Assembly (NCBI GenBank): GCA_963590405.1
Contig: CAVAPE010000001.1
Coordinates: forward strand, 18,399 to 82,398
Direction of reading: 5' to 3'
DNA: 64,000 bases
Source: Eubacterium sp. CAG:180
Lineage (GTDB): Bacteria; Bacteroidota; Bacteroidia; Bacteroidales; Muribaculaceae
A program made the position numbers and the translations under genes. Every line of letters starts with the position of its first letter. Position 1 is the first letter of the stretch. This document shows positions 17,680-26,583 of the stretch, piece by piece. Below the pieces are notes generated by a model. That model made no database searches. It saw only the letters and a list, made by a program, of their open reading frames with translations, and was not told the origin of the DNA.

Positions 17680-19377
17680 TTAGTAGCCAAGGTTGTTGAG
17701 CAACTCGTTGGCATCAGGAACTGTGAGAGGTGCCTGGCTGTTGTCGAATGTCTGACCTGGGTGGAATGGGTTAGGCAACTTAGCGTTACCGCGCATACCG
17801 TTGTCAAGCATGTACTGGAGGTTCATCTCTGAGTGGTTGGTGAAGCAGCCGTCCATGTAGATTGGCCAAGTCTGGCTGTCGCCAGAGAATGTGCTTACAG
17901 TAGTCTTAGGCACTGTAACCTTCATCAAATCGTCAAATTCTGTTGACCAGCCATAGTTCCAGTAGCCCATGTATTTTGTGATCTGAGCCTGAGAGTCGAA
18001 TGAGTATGGGTGGTTGATCATGCCTGCGCGGCGTACCATGTAGGCTTGCCATGGGCAGTTCATTTCAGGATAGTTGTTAGGTGCACCAGAGATAGCCGGG
18101 CCGATGATGTGGCAGCCGTGGTTCTGCATGTACTCGATGAAGTCGGCTACACCAGTTGGGGTGTCGTAAGCGATGTCGGTTGCGTAAGCAGGGTCGCCTG
18201 TCCAGAGGAGGTAGCACATAGGGATACGTCCTTTGAACACTTTGTAAGCGCGGTCAACAGCGTCGAACGAGAATGTTTGGAGGATGACCTTACCGTTAGT
18301 GTTACCAACGTTGACTTTGCCGTTCTTGTAGAATGGCTCGCTGCTGCTGGCTGGCTTGGTGATGATGTTCCATCCGTATTTGTCAAGTTCTTTGTAAACG
18401 CGTGCCTCGATGTCCTTAGGCTGTGCCCAACTTTCCTTGAACTCGATGTAGATACCAGGACGGTTACCGCTGTCCTTAGGATCGGCTACATAAGCGTTAG
18501 AGAAGTCGTAAACAAGGAAGTCCATGTAGCGGCTCTGTGCTGTCCATGTAGTGCCTTCAACTTCTGTTGTAGGTGCAGTGCCGCAGATTTCGAGGAGGGT
18601 CTTGCCTTTGAGGGAGTTTTTCACGTGGTAGGGAAGGATGCGGCGGCCCTCAGAGTCGCGGTTGAGCATCTTGCCTTCTGCGTAGGCAATCTGGTCAGCG
18701 AGTGCAGAGATGTAGAGACCGTTGCTGTAAACCACCTGTGCATTCGGGTTTGTGCGCCATGCAGCGAGAGTTTCCTGCATTGGGTCGTTGGTTGATTCGT
18801 ATGAAATACGAGCCTGCTCGAGGTTGTCCTCGTTGAACCAAGAACCTGCGTCGAGCATCAAGAGTTCTGCATAGTAGTAGTTACGTGGATAGTAACTATA
18901 GTAGTTACCGAGGTCGTTGTTGTATTGAGTCTCGATATCTGCTTCAGTGAAGTTACAAGGAGTACCGTCTTCATAAGTAAGCGAACGGTAGAATGCCTTA
19001 CGGGTTGCAGGCACTTGGTCGCTGAACACTGTCTGAATGTTGGTAGTGCGCTTCAGGTTGTCGTCGTGCAGTGAAAGCACCACGCCGTCCTTTGTGCCTT
19101 GAAGGTCGCTCTCAAGGTAGTCGGCACCCATGTCGCGGGCCCAACGCCAAGATGCCTCTGTCTCCTCTGGAGTCCAGAATGTACTACCGCGGTGTGCGAT
19201 AACTGCATACAAAGGCACATAGTCGCGTACCTTAGCAAGGTCGTCGTTCAAGACCTGTACGTCGATCTTTTTTGCTTGCTTGTTGTAGTCTACGAACTGC
19301 TGTTCGTCAGAGCACGATGATATGGCAAATGCAGCAACGAGGCCAAACATGCCAATTTTTACAAACTGTTTGTTCAT
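17680..19377 (-). CDS. glycerophosphodiester phosphodiesterase family lipoprotein (enlarged, about 565 aa)
   Basis: The likely start is the ATG at 19377 (MNKQFVKIGMFGLVAAFAISSC lipobox). The GDPD motif is HRGSTFWTPEETEASWRWARDMGADYLESDLQGTKDGVVLSLHDD, with IYIEFKE and QTFSFD further along. Confidence 0.8.
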   Translation of the reverse strand: MNKQFVKIGMFGLVAAFAISSCSDEQQFVDYNKQAKKIDVQVLNDDLAKVRDYVPLYAVIAHRGSTFWTPEETEASWRWARDMGADYLESDLQGTKDGVVLSLHDDNLKRTTNIQTVFSDQVPATRKAFYRSLTYEDGTPCNFTEADIETQYNNDLGNYYSYYPRNYYYAELLMLDAGSWFNEDNLEQARISYESTNDPMQETLAAWRTNPNAQVVYSNGLYISALADQIAYAEGKMLNRDSEGRRILPYHVKNSLKGKTLLEICGTAPTTEVEGTTWTAQSRYMDFLVYDFSNAYVADPKDSGNRPGIYIEFKESWAQPKDIEARVYKELDKYGWNIITKPASSSEPFYKNGKVNVGNTNGKVILQTFSFDAVDRAYKVFKGRIPMCYLLWTGDPAYATDIAYDTPTGVADFIEYMQNHGCHIIGPAISGAPNNYPEMNCPWQAYMVRRAGMINHPYSFDSQAQITKYMGYWNYGWSTEFDDLMKVTVPKTTVSTFSGDSQTWPIYMDGCFTNHSEMNLQYMLDNGMRGNAKLPNPFHPGQTFDNSQAPLTVPDANELLNNLGY

Positions 19378-19492
19378 AAGTGAAGTAAAAAATTTTATAA
19401 ATGAAAGGATTAAATTCTTTATTCCTGGCTTTTTGGAGGTCTGGGCAGACGCCGCTGACAATGGCATCCGCCCGTTCCGCCATAATAACCTA

Positions 19493-20884
19493 TTATTTAT
19501 TCTTTTGCTCTACAAGATATTGCTCCTGCTTGTAGGTGAGTGCCATAAACGCTATTGAGAGCAGGCAAGCACCGATAAGCAAGTAGAATGTTGCTTCCCA
19601 ACCTGCTTTTTCTGCCACATAGCCGATAACGATGTTGGCGAGCACTGCAGTACCGAGCACGTAGCCCATGAAGCCTGTAAGGCCGGCTGCCGTTCCTGCC
19701 ACGTTCTTCGGAGCGAGGTCGAGAGCCTGCACGCCGATGAGCATAACCGGTCCGTAGATAAGGAAGCCGATGGCAATCAAGCATCCGATAACCACGTTGA
19801 GGTTGTCGAGGTTGTACATATAAACCACGATAGCCACGATGATGAGCGCCATGAAAAGGATTGTAGGCAACGCGCGGCGACCGTGGAACACTTTGTCGCT
19901 CAGCCATCCGCAGATGATTGTGCCTGGGATTGCAGCCATTTCATAAGCGAAGTATGCCCATCCTGCATCCTTGAGGTTGATGCCCTTCTCGGTGAGGATT
20001 GTAGGAGCCCAGTCGAGGCAGCCGTAGCGCACCATGTAGACGAAGGCGTTTGCAAATGCAATGTACCAAAGGAGTTTGTTGCTCAACACTGTAGCGAAAA
20101 TCTGCTTTGTCGACAGCACTTCCTCAGCCTTTGCGCTGTAGTTGCTGCTGGCGTGTCCGCTCCACTCTTCGATTGAAGGAAGTCCGCACGATTGTGGGGT
20201 GTCGCGAATCATCAGATAGGCAATAACTGCAATGAGCACTGCTGTTGCTGCAGGGAAGGCGTAAGTACCGATAAGGAAGTAGTAGTTGGAGGCGTTGCCA
20301 TAGAACCATGAGCCGAACCACAATGCGCCGTAAACTGCCATCGGGCCTACGAGGGCACCGCCAACGTTGTGCGCGCAGTTCCAGAACGACATCCATGTGC
20401 CGCGCTCCTTGATGGAGAACCAGTGGGTCATCACGCGTCCGCACGGAGGCCAGCCCATACCGTTAAACCAACCTACGAGGAAGTTGAGCGCTGCCATGAG
20501 GATGATTGCCCACGTCTTGTGCTCAGCACCAATCCATTGCACTGGCACAATCATGAAGAGCATAGACAAAGCCGCGCAAATAAGTCCCAACGGGAGGAAT
20601 TTGCGTGCGTCGCTGCGGTCGCTGATTGATGCCATAAGGAATTTCGAGAAACCATACGCAATGGCGTTCATCGAAAGCACAATACCGAGTTCGCCCTTCT
20701 CAAAACCGAACGGAGCCAAAGCAGGTATCGCCATCGAGAAATTCTTGCGTACGATGTAGAAGCCGGCATATCCGATAAATATGCCAATAAACACCTGCCA
20801 ACGCAGACGTTTATACTTTGCATCGGCTTCAGGACCTTTTTCAATCTTGTCCTTGAATGCCGGAGGAGTTAGAAAATTTGACAT
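19493..20884 (-). CDS. glpT: glycerol-3-phosphate transporter (MFS, organophosphate:Pi antiporter)
   Basis: The N-terminal YKRLRWQVFIGIFIGYAGFYIVRKNFSMA closely parallels E. coli GlpT. The protein is a 12-TM MFS. Confidence 0.9.
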   Translation of the reverse strand: MSNFLTPPAFKDKIEKGPEADAKYKRLRWQVFIGIFIGYAGFYIVRKNFSMAIPALAPFGFEKGELGIVLSMNAIAYGFSKFLMASISDRSDARKFLPLGLICAALSMLFMIVPVQWIGAEHKTWAIILMAALNFLVGWFNGMGWPPCGRVMTHWFSIKERGTWMSFWNCAHNVGGALVGPMAVYGALWFGSWFYGNASNYYFLIGTYAFPAATAVLIAVIAYLMIRDTPQSCGLPSIEEWSGHASSNYSAKAEEVLSTKQIFATVLSNKLLWYIAFANAFVYMVRYGCLDWAPTILTEKGINLKDAGWAYFAYEMAAIPGTIICGWLSDKVFHGRRALPTILFMALIIVAIVVYMYNLDNLNVVIGCLIAIGFLIYGPVMLIGVQALDLAPKNVAGTAAGLTGFMGYVLGTAVLANIVIGYVAEKAGWEATFYLLIGACLLSIAFMALTYKQEQYLVEQKNK

Positions 20885-21115
20885 TTCAGATAATATTAGT
20901 TTGTAATTTCTTTGTTAGCTTTCGCTTTCATTTCGTAACTTTAAAACTCTAAACCCATTCACTTGATTTCGATGTCGCTTGTGTCTTTCTTAGCCAATCG
21001 ATTGACGGATTTGTCAATACATTAAAATTAATTGCATTTTTCATTCGTTTTCATTTGGCTTTGTCAGGCACTTGCAAGTCAGTCTTCATTCCGATGATTG
21101 ATTTTAAGTTGCTCG

Positions 21116-21123
21116 CAAATTTA
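21116..21123 (-). promoter_or_regulatory. candidate -7 box (TAAATTTG on the minus strand) for the glpT operon, implying a leader of about 230 nt
   Basis: The + strand reads caaattta. It is the only TAnnTTTG match I found in the 481-nt glpT upstream region. Confidence 0.3.
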
Positions 21124-21290
21124 ATACTAATTTTCATTACGCAACAAATTATCCGAAAAAAATTTCATAGAAAAAGCAAATATTTTCGTTCTAAACGTTT
21201 TTCAAGGCAAAATCTGGCTCATTTTGTAACCTAAAATTATGTTTTAAAACAACTTTCTGGCTCATCCCCCCTCCAGCGAAAGTGGTCAGG

Positions 21291-21339
21291 CAAAAAATAA
21301 GGGTGCGCCGAAACTATGCTTTAGTTTCGACACACCCTT
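21291..21339 (-). terminator. intrinsic terminator after the Lrp/AsnC gene
   Basis: An 18-position stem (21299-21316 / 21322-21339, two mismatches) followed on the minus strand by a T tract (the A run at 21292-21297). Confidence 0.6.
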
Positions 21340-21365
21340 GTTATTTCGTTTCCTAAAGAAATTAC

Positions 21366-21830
21366 CTACTCGTCGTAGTGGATAGGGATTTCGCGGTTCA
21401 TGCTTTGGTCAAGCGAAATCAGTGTTTCGGTAGCGACCACGCCGTGAATCATCTGGATCTTGTTGTTCAGGAGATCCATAAGGTGCTGGTTGTCGCGGGC
21501 GAAAAGTTTGATAAGCATCGTGTAAGGGCCAGTGGTGAAGTGGCACTCCACAACTTCCGGAATTTTCTCGAGTTCCGGCACCACGTCCTTGTACATCGAA
21601 CCCTTTTCGAGTTTCACACCGATATATGTACAGGTGGTGTAGCCAAGCACTTTAGGGTTGACATGGTAGCCCGAGCCTGTGATCACCTTCAGGTCAATCA
21701 TGCGCTGAATGCGCTGATGAATCGCCGCGCGCGACACTCCGCACACCACCGCCACATCCTTTGAAGGAATTCGTGCGTTCTTAATCACGATTTCGAGGAT
21801 TTTCCGGTCAAGATTATCTATTTTCTCCAT
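21366..21830 (-). CDS. Lrp/AsnC family transcriptional regulator
   Basis: 154 aa with an N-terminal HTH (LDRKILEIVIKNARIPSKDVAVVCGVSRAAIHQRIQRM) and a C-terminal AsnC-type ligand-binding domain. Confidence 0.85.
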   Translation of the reverse strand: MEKIDNLDRKILEIVIKNARIPSKDVAVVCGVSRAAIHQRIQRMIDLKVITGSGYHVNPKVLGYTTCTYIGVKLEKGSMYKDVVPELEKIPEVVECHFTTGPYTMLIKLFARDNQHLMDLLNNKIQMIHGVVATETLISLDQSMNREIPIHYDE

Positions 21831-21866
21831 ATTTATATATGTATATTTATTTCAAGTTTAACCTTG

Positions 21867-21874
21867 CAAAGATA
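21867..21874 (-). promoter_or_regulatory. candidate -7 box (TATCTTTG on the minus strand) for the Lrp/AsnC gene
   Basis: The + strand reads caaagata, 37 nt upstream of the ATG at 21830. Confidence 0.45.
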
Positions 21875-22028
21875 TGGCAAATTTTTAGATTTCAAACTAT
21901 TTTTATTGACAAATCGCACGAAAATCAACCAAATCGACATAAAATTTCGACAAATAGATAACAATCTGCTTACAATGCGTCGCTTCGCCCCCGCATACGG
22001 GGCACTCTGTTTATAAGCGACTTGCCGG

Positions 22029-23375
22029 CTATGTTTCGGCGGCGGAGTGGAGGATTTCGCTGAGGGTGGGGTGCGGATGCACGATGCTTTGCAGCGTGGA
22101 GAGCGGAGCATCGGTGGTTATCAGTGCGCACGCCTCCTGCACAAGGTCGGCAGCGTGAGGCCCGTAGATGTGGCAGCCAAGGAGTTTGTCGTTGTTGTCC
22201 ACGATGAGTTTGGCGTAGCCATCGGTCTCGCCGAGGCACACCGCCTTGCCGTTGGCGCGGAAGAATGCCTTCTTCGTCGTGTAGAGGATGCCTCGCTCCT
22301 TGCAGTCGTCCTCGGTGAGCCCCACCATCCCCACTTCCGGCATGGTGAACACCGCCGACGGGATGACATCAAGACGCAGATCGTCGACCTTGCCCATGAT
22401 GACGTTGATTACGCGAATGCCCTGTGCGGTGGCTACATGGGCAAGCATCATCTTGCCGTTGACGTCGCCTATGGCATAGATGTGCGGAACGCTGGTCTGC
22501 ATACAGTTGTCCACCACGATTCCACGGCGGTTGTATTCCACGCCGATGTCGTCGAGGTTGAGCGAACCCACGTTTGCCTTGCGCCCTACAGCCATCAGCA
22601 CCTTGTCCGCCTCGACGGTCTGCTCCTTGCCTTTGCGGTCGTAAGCCACGGTCAAGCCGCCGCCAGTCTGGGCAATGGACTTTACTGCTGCCTGCGTTTC
22701 AATCTTGATTCCGCGCTTGCCGAGGCTTTGGCGCAGACGCTTGGCGAGGTCGCTGTCGAAGTGCGGAAGTATCTCTTTGGCGTATTCCACAACGGTCACT
22801 TCGCTGCCAAGGGCGTTGAACACCGAGGCAAACTCCAGTCCGATAACACCCGCTCCGATGACACACAGCCGCCGAGGCACGCTCTCAAGTTCGAGAATCT
22901 CGCGCGAGGTGAGTACGCCGTCGAGCGTCGCACCCTCGATGGGTAGCGTTGCCGGCGATGAGCCAGTGGCGATGATTATGTCATTAGCCTTAACCCTTTC
23001 GCCTTCAGCCTCTACGGTAAGATTATCTACGAACCGTGCCTTGCCGCGCACCAGATGGATTTTAGGATTGTTGAGTAGCGTTTCTACGCCGCTGCGCAGT
23101 TGCTCCACCACGGCACGTTTGCGTGCCATCACGGTTCCGAAGTCGATGCAGAACGAAGCATCGGCGATGCCAAATTCCTGCGCCGACTTGAAGTTAGTCA
23201 CCATCTCCGCCGTGCGGCAGAGAGCCTTCGTAGGGATGCACCCCTCGTTGAGGCACGTGCCGCCCACGGCTGCCTGCTCGAAGAGAGCCACAGTCATCCC
23301 TCGGCGCGCCGCCAGCAGGGCGGTTTCGTAGCCGCCCGGCCCGGCACCGATTATTATAAGGTCAACCGTCAGCAT
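22029..23375 (-). CDS. lpdA: dihydrolipoyl dehydrogenase (L-protein)
   Basis: FAD motif IIGAGPGGY, redox-active disulfide GGTCLNEGCIPTK, second dinucleotide fold VIGAGVIGLE, and C-terminal HPHPTLSE. Confidence 0.9.
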   Translation of the reverse strand: MLTVDLIIIGAGPGGYETALLAARRGMTVALFEQAAVGGTCLNEGCIPTKALCRTAEMVTNFKSAQEFGIADASFCIDFGTVMARKRAVVEQLRSGVETLLNNPKIHLVRGKARFVDNLTVEAEGERVKANDIIIATGSSPATLPIEGATLDGVLTSREILELESVPRRLCVIGAGVIGLEFASVFNALGSEVTVVEYAKEILPHFDSDLAKRLRQSLGKRGIKIETQAAVKSIAQTGGGLTVAYDRKGKEQTVEADKVLMAVGRKANVGSLNLDDIGVEYNRRGIVVDNCMQTSVPHIYAIGDVNGKMMLAHVATAQGIRVINVIMGKVDDLRLDVIPSAVFTMPEVGMVGLTEDDCKERGILYTTKKAFFRANGKAVCLGETDGYAKLIVDNNDKLLGCHIYGPHAADLVQEACALITTDAPLSTLQSIVHPHPTLSEILHSAAET

Positions 23376-24829
23376 TGTTGCAGTTCTTTGAATGAGAGTA
23401 CTGGATGCTTGGCTGCCGTGGTCTCGTCGAGACGGCGCACCGGAGTGGTGTGGGGCGCTGTCTTCAACTCGTCAGGTTGCTCGATAGCCTCCTTGGCTAT
23501 GCGGCGCATCACCTCGATAAATCCGTCGATTGTTTCCTTCGACTCCGTCTCCGTAGGCTCAATCATGATGGCCTGATGGAAGAGCAGAGGGAAATAGATT
23601 GTCGGGGCGTGGAAGCCGTAGTCGAGCAGACGTTTGGCCACGTCGAGCGTAGTTACGTCGGTCGACTTGTCGGCAAGACCGTCAAACACAAATTCGTGCT
23701 TGCACACCGTAGGGATAGGCAGGCGGTAGCAGTCCTTGAGCGACTCCTTTATATAGTTCGCGTTGAGCGTAGCCAGCGGACCCGCAAGACGGATGTTCTG
23801 CTTGCCGAGCATAAGGATATAGGCGTAGGCACGCATCAGGATGCCGAAGTTGCCCATAAATCCCGACACTCGTCCGGCAGCGTCGTCGGTGCGAACCACG
23901 TGTAGCAGTCCGTCATCGCCGCGGCGCACCTTCATGTCAGGCAAGCAGTCGGCAAGATGGGCTGCAACGCCCACTGGCCCAGAGCCCGGACCGCCTCCGC
24001 CGTGAGGCGTGGAGAACGTCTTGTGGAGGTTGAGGTGCATGATGTCGAAACCCATGTCGCCTGGGCGCACCTTGCCCAGCAGAGGATTGAAGTTCGCTCC
24101 GTCGTAGTAGAGCAGACCGCCGCAGTCGTGCACCATCTTGGCAATCTCTGGTATGCGTGTCTCAAACAAGCCCAGCGTGTTCGGGTTGGTCATCATGATG
24201 CCAGCCACAGTGTCGTCGAGCAGCGGGCGCAGAGCATCGATGTCGATAGTGCCGTCGTCGAGCGACTTCACCTCCACCACCGTCAGTCCGCACACCGCAG
24301 CGCTGGCAGGGTTGGTGCCGTGGGCGCTGTCGGGCACAATCACCTTAGTGCGGTGGCTATCGCCTCGCAGTTCGTGGTAGCGGCGCATCACCATCAGTCC
24401 CGTCAGTTCGCCATGCGCGCCGGCGTAGGGGTCGAAGGTGAAATGAGCCATTCCCGTGATTGCTGCCAACGCCTTGTCGAGGCTCTCGTAGAGTTCGAGC
24501 GCACCTTGCACCGACGCATCGGGCTGAAGCGGATGCAGGTCGGCGAAGCCCGGCATGGCGGCAACTTCTTCGTTGATTTTCGGATTGTATTTCATGGTGC
24601 AACTGCCGAGCGGATAGAAGCCCGTGTCGACACCGAAATTCATGTTCGACAGATTCGTGTAGTGGCGCACCACATCGAGTTCGCTAACTTCCGGCAGTTC
24701 TGCCTCCTCGTCGCGGCGCAGTTCCGCCGGCATACCGTCGCAGCCTGTTGCCCAGCCGTTTTCGGGCAGGGAGAAACCTGTGCGCCCAGCGCGCGAAAGT
24801 TCGAATATCAGTTTATCGTAGTATTTCAT
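23369..24829 (-). CDS. gcvPB: glycine dehydrogenase (aminomethyl-transferring) subunit 2
   Basis: PLP-lysine region HLNLHKTFSTPHGGGGPG. 486 aa. Overlaps lpdA by 7 nt and gcvPA by 4 nt. Confidence 0.9.
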   Translation of the reverse strand: MKYYDKLIFELSRAGRTGFSLPENGWATGCDGMPAELRRDEEAELPEVSELDVVRHYTNLSNMNFGVDTGFYPLGSCTMKYNPKINEEVAAMPGFADLHPLQPDASVQGALELYESLDKALAAITGMAHFTFDPYAGAHGELTGLMVMRRYHELRGDSHRTKVIVPDSAHGTNPASAAVCGLTVVEVKSLDDGTIDIDALRPLLDDTVAGIMMTNPNTLGLFETRIPEIAKMVHDCGGLLYYDGANFNPLLGKVRPGDMGFDIMHLNLHKTFSTPHGGGGPGSGPVGVAAHLADCLPDMKVRRGDDGLLHVVRTDDAAGRVSGFMGNFGILMRAYAYILMLGKQNIRLAGPLATLNANYIKESLKDCYRLPIPTVCKHEFVFDGLADKSTDVTTLDVAKRLLDYGFHAPTIYFPLLFHQAIMIEPTETESKETIDGFIEVMRRIAKEAIEQPDELKTAPHTTPVRRLDETTAAKHPVLSFKELQQC

Positions 24830-26154
24830 AACTTGAAGTTCTTGATTAGGTTAACCATACGATCGATTTCTTCGCGGGTGCGGCGCTCCGTTGCGCAGAA
24901 CGTAACCAAGCCTTCTTCCGTAGGCAGTGCGCCAAAAAATCCGCCGTTGGCAAGCAACTGTTGTAGCGTTTCGGTAGGGATGTCGGAGCGGAGGGCAAAC
25001 TCCTTGAGGAACGGCTTGTGGAAAGCCTCCGTGAAGTGCCCTGTGGCAATCAGTTGGTCGTGAAGATAGTGGGCAGCGCCGTAGGAGAGGTCGCAAACCT
25101 GGCGCAGACCCTTTTTGCCCATCAACGACAGGTAGATGGTTACGTAGAGAGCCATCAGCGACTGGTTAGAACAGATGTTGCTGTTGGCCTTCTCGCGGCG
25201 GATGTGCTGCTCGCGCGCCTGAAGCGTAAGTACGAAGGCACGCTTGCCGTCGACGTCGGTAGTTGCGCCGACGATGCGTCCCGGCAATTTGCGCACATAC
25301 TCTTTGCAGCAAGCGAGGAAGCCCACATACGGACCACCGAAGCCCAATGGAATACCCAATGACTGGCCGTCGCCGCAAGCCACGTCGGCACCCCATTCGC
25401 CCGGGGTGCGCACCACGGCAAGAGCCGACGGGTCGCAGTAGACCATCAGCAGAGCCTTCACGCCGTGCACGGCATCGGCAAAGCCAGTGAGGTCCTCCAC
25501 GATGCCAAAGCGGTTGACCGACGGCACGAGTACGCCAGCCACATCGCCCTCGGCAAGAAGGCGTTCCATGTCGGCAAGGTCGGTCTGCCCATCGCTACTG
25601 GCAATCTCGGTGAGAGCCACGCCGTGGTACTTGGCGTAGGTCTTCACCACCTCGCGCACCTGCGGCAGGAGCGTCGACGACAGCAGTACGCGCGACTTCT
25701 TGCGCGTGGCAGCCATCGCCATCATCATCGCCTCGGCTGCCGACGTTGCACCGTCGTACATCGACGCATTGGTGCAGTCCATGCCGGTGAGCGTGGAAAT
25801 CATACTCTGAAATTCAAAGATATAGCGTAGTGTGCCCTGCGAAATCTCAGCCTGATAGGGGGTGTAGGCAGTGAGAAACTCCGAGCGGCTCGTGAGGGCG
25901 GCAATGACCGACGGCGCATAGTGGTCGTAGGCACCTCCGCCAGCCATCACGGTGAGCCGGTGGTTGCGCTTGTCGAGTTCTTCAAAGCGGCGGCGCACCT
26001 CCATCTCCGTCATAGCATCGGGGAGGTCGTAGTCGCCGTTGAAAATCACGCTCTTGGGCACGTCGGCATAGAGGTCGTCGAGGCTCTCCATGCCGATGCG
26101 TTTAAGCATTTCGCCGATGTCGTCGGCGGTGTGCGGAAAATATGCAAATCCCAT
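24826..26154 (-). CDS. gcvPA: glycine dehydrogenase (aminomethyl-transferring) subunit 1
   Basis: 442 aa with TAYTPYQAEISQGTLR... and the CSNQSL pattern typical of the split P-protein alpha subunit. It lies immediately upstream of gcvPB. Confidence 0.9.
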   Translation of the reverse strand: MGFAYFPHTADDIGEMLKRIGMESLDDLYADVPKSVIFNGDYDLPDAMTEMEVRRRFEELDKRNHRLTVMAGGGAYDHYAPSVIAALTSRSEFLTAYTPYQAEISQGTLRYIFEFQSMISTLTGMDCTNASMYDGATSAAEAMMMAMAATRKKSRVLLSSTLLPQVREVVKTYAKYHGVALTEIASSDGQTDLADMERLLAEGDVAGVLVPSVNRFGIVEDLTGFADAVHGVKALLMVYCDPSALAVVRTPGEWGADVACGDGQSLGIPLGFGGPYVGFLACCKEYVRKLPGRIVGATTDVDGKRAFVLTLQAREQHIRREKANSNICSNQSLMALYVTIYLSLMGKKGLRQVCDLSYGAAHYLHDQLIATGHFTEAFHKPFLKEFALRSDIPTETLQQLLANGGFFGALPTEEGLVTFCATERRTREEIDRMVNLIKNFKL

Positions 26155-26166
26155 AGGCTCAGGTTG

Positions 26167-26556
26167 TTAATGTTCCTCGTTTTCGCAGTGCTTGCCGTAG
26201 GCTTCGGCGTCCATAAGAGCCTTCACCTCGTCGGGGTCGGAAAGGCGCACCTTAATAATCCAGTTTGCATAGGCATCCTTGTTGAGGAGTTCCGGAGCGT
26301 CGGCAAGAGCCTCGTTTACCTCCACCACCTCGCCGCTTACGGGCGAGATGAGGTCGCTGGCAGCCTTTACGCTCTCCACTGCGCCGAAATCTTCGCCTGC
26401 AGTCACTTCGTCTTCCTCCTCGGGCATGTCAACATAAACGATGTTGCCCATTGCCTGTTGTGCATGGTCGGTGATGCCGATATATCCAAATTCGCCGTCG
26501 ATTTTAAGCCATTCGTGCGATTCGCTGTAGTACAGTCCTTCAATTGTTTTAGCCAT
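26167..26556 (-). CDS. gcvH: glycine cleavage system H protein
   Basis: 129 aa with the lipoyl-lysine motif VESVKAASD. Confidence 0.95.
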   Translation of the reverse strand: MAKTIEGLYYSESHEWLKIDGEFGYIGITDHAQQAMGNIVYVDMPEEEDEVTAGEDFGAVESVKAASDLISPVSGEVVEVNEALADAPELLNKDAYANWIIKVRLSDPDEVKALMDAEAYGKHCENEEH

Positions 26557-26583
26557 AGTTGTAAGTGTTTTATTGTTAGGTTT

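Noticed and set aside
21833-22239. ORFs 21833..22111 and 21970..22239 (-) between the Lrp gene and lpdA
   Set aside because: They cover the Lrp promoter region and the lpdA 3' end/terminator-like hairpins in other frames. Their composition is basic and low-complexity. The spacer is better explained by regulatory sequence, including the reiterated aaatcg(a/c)ac motifs.
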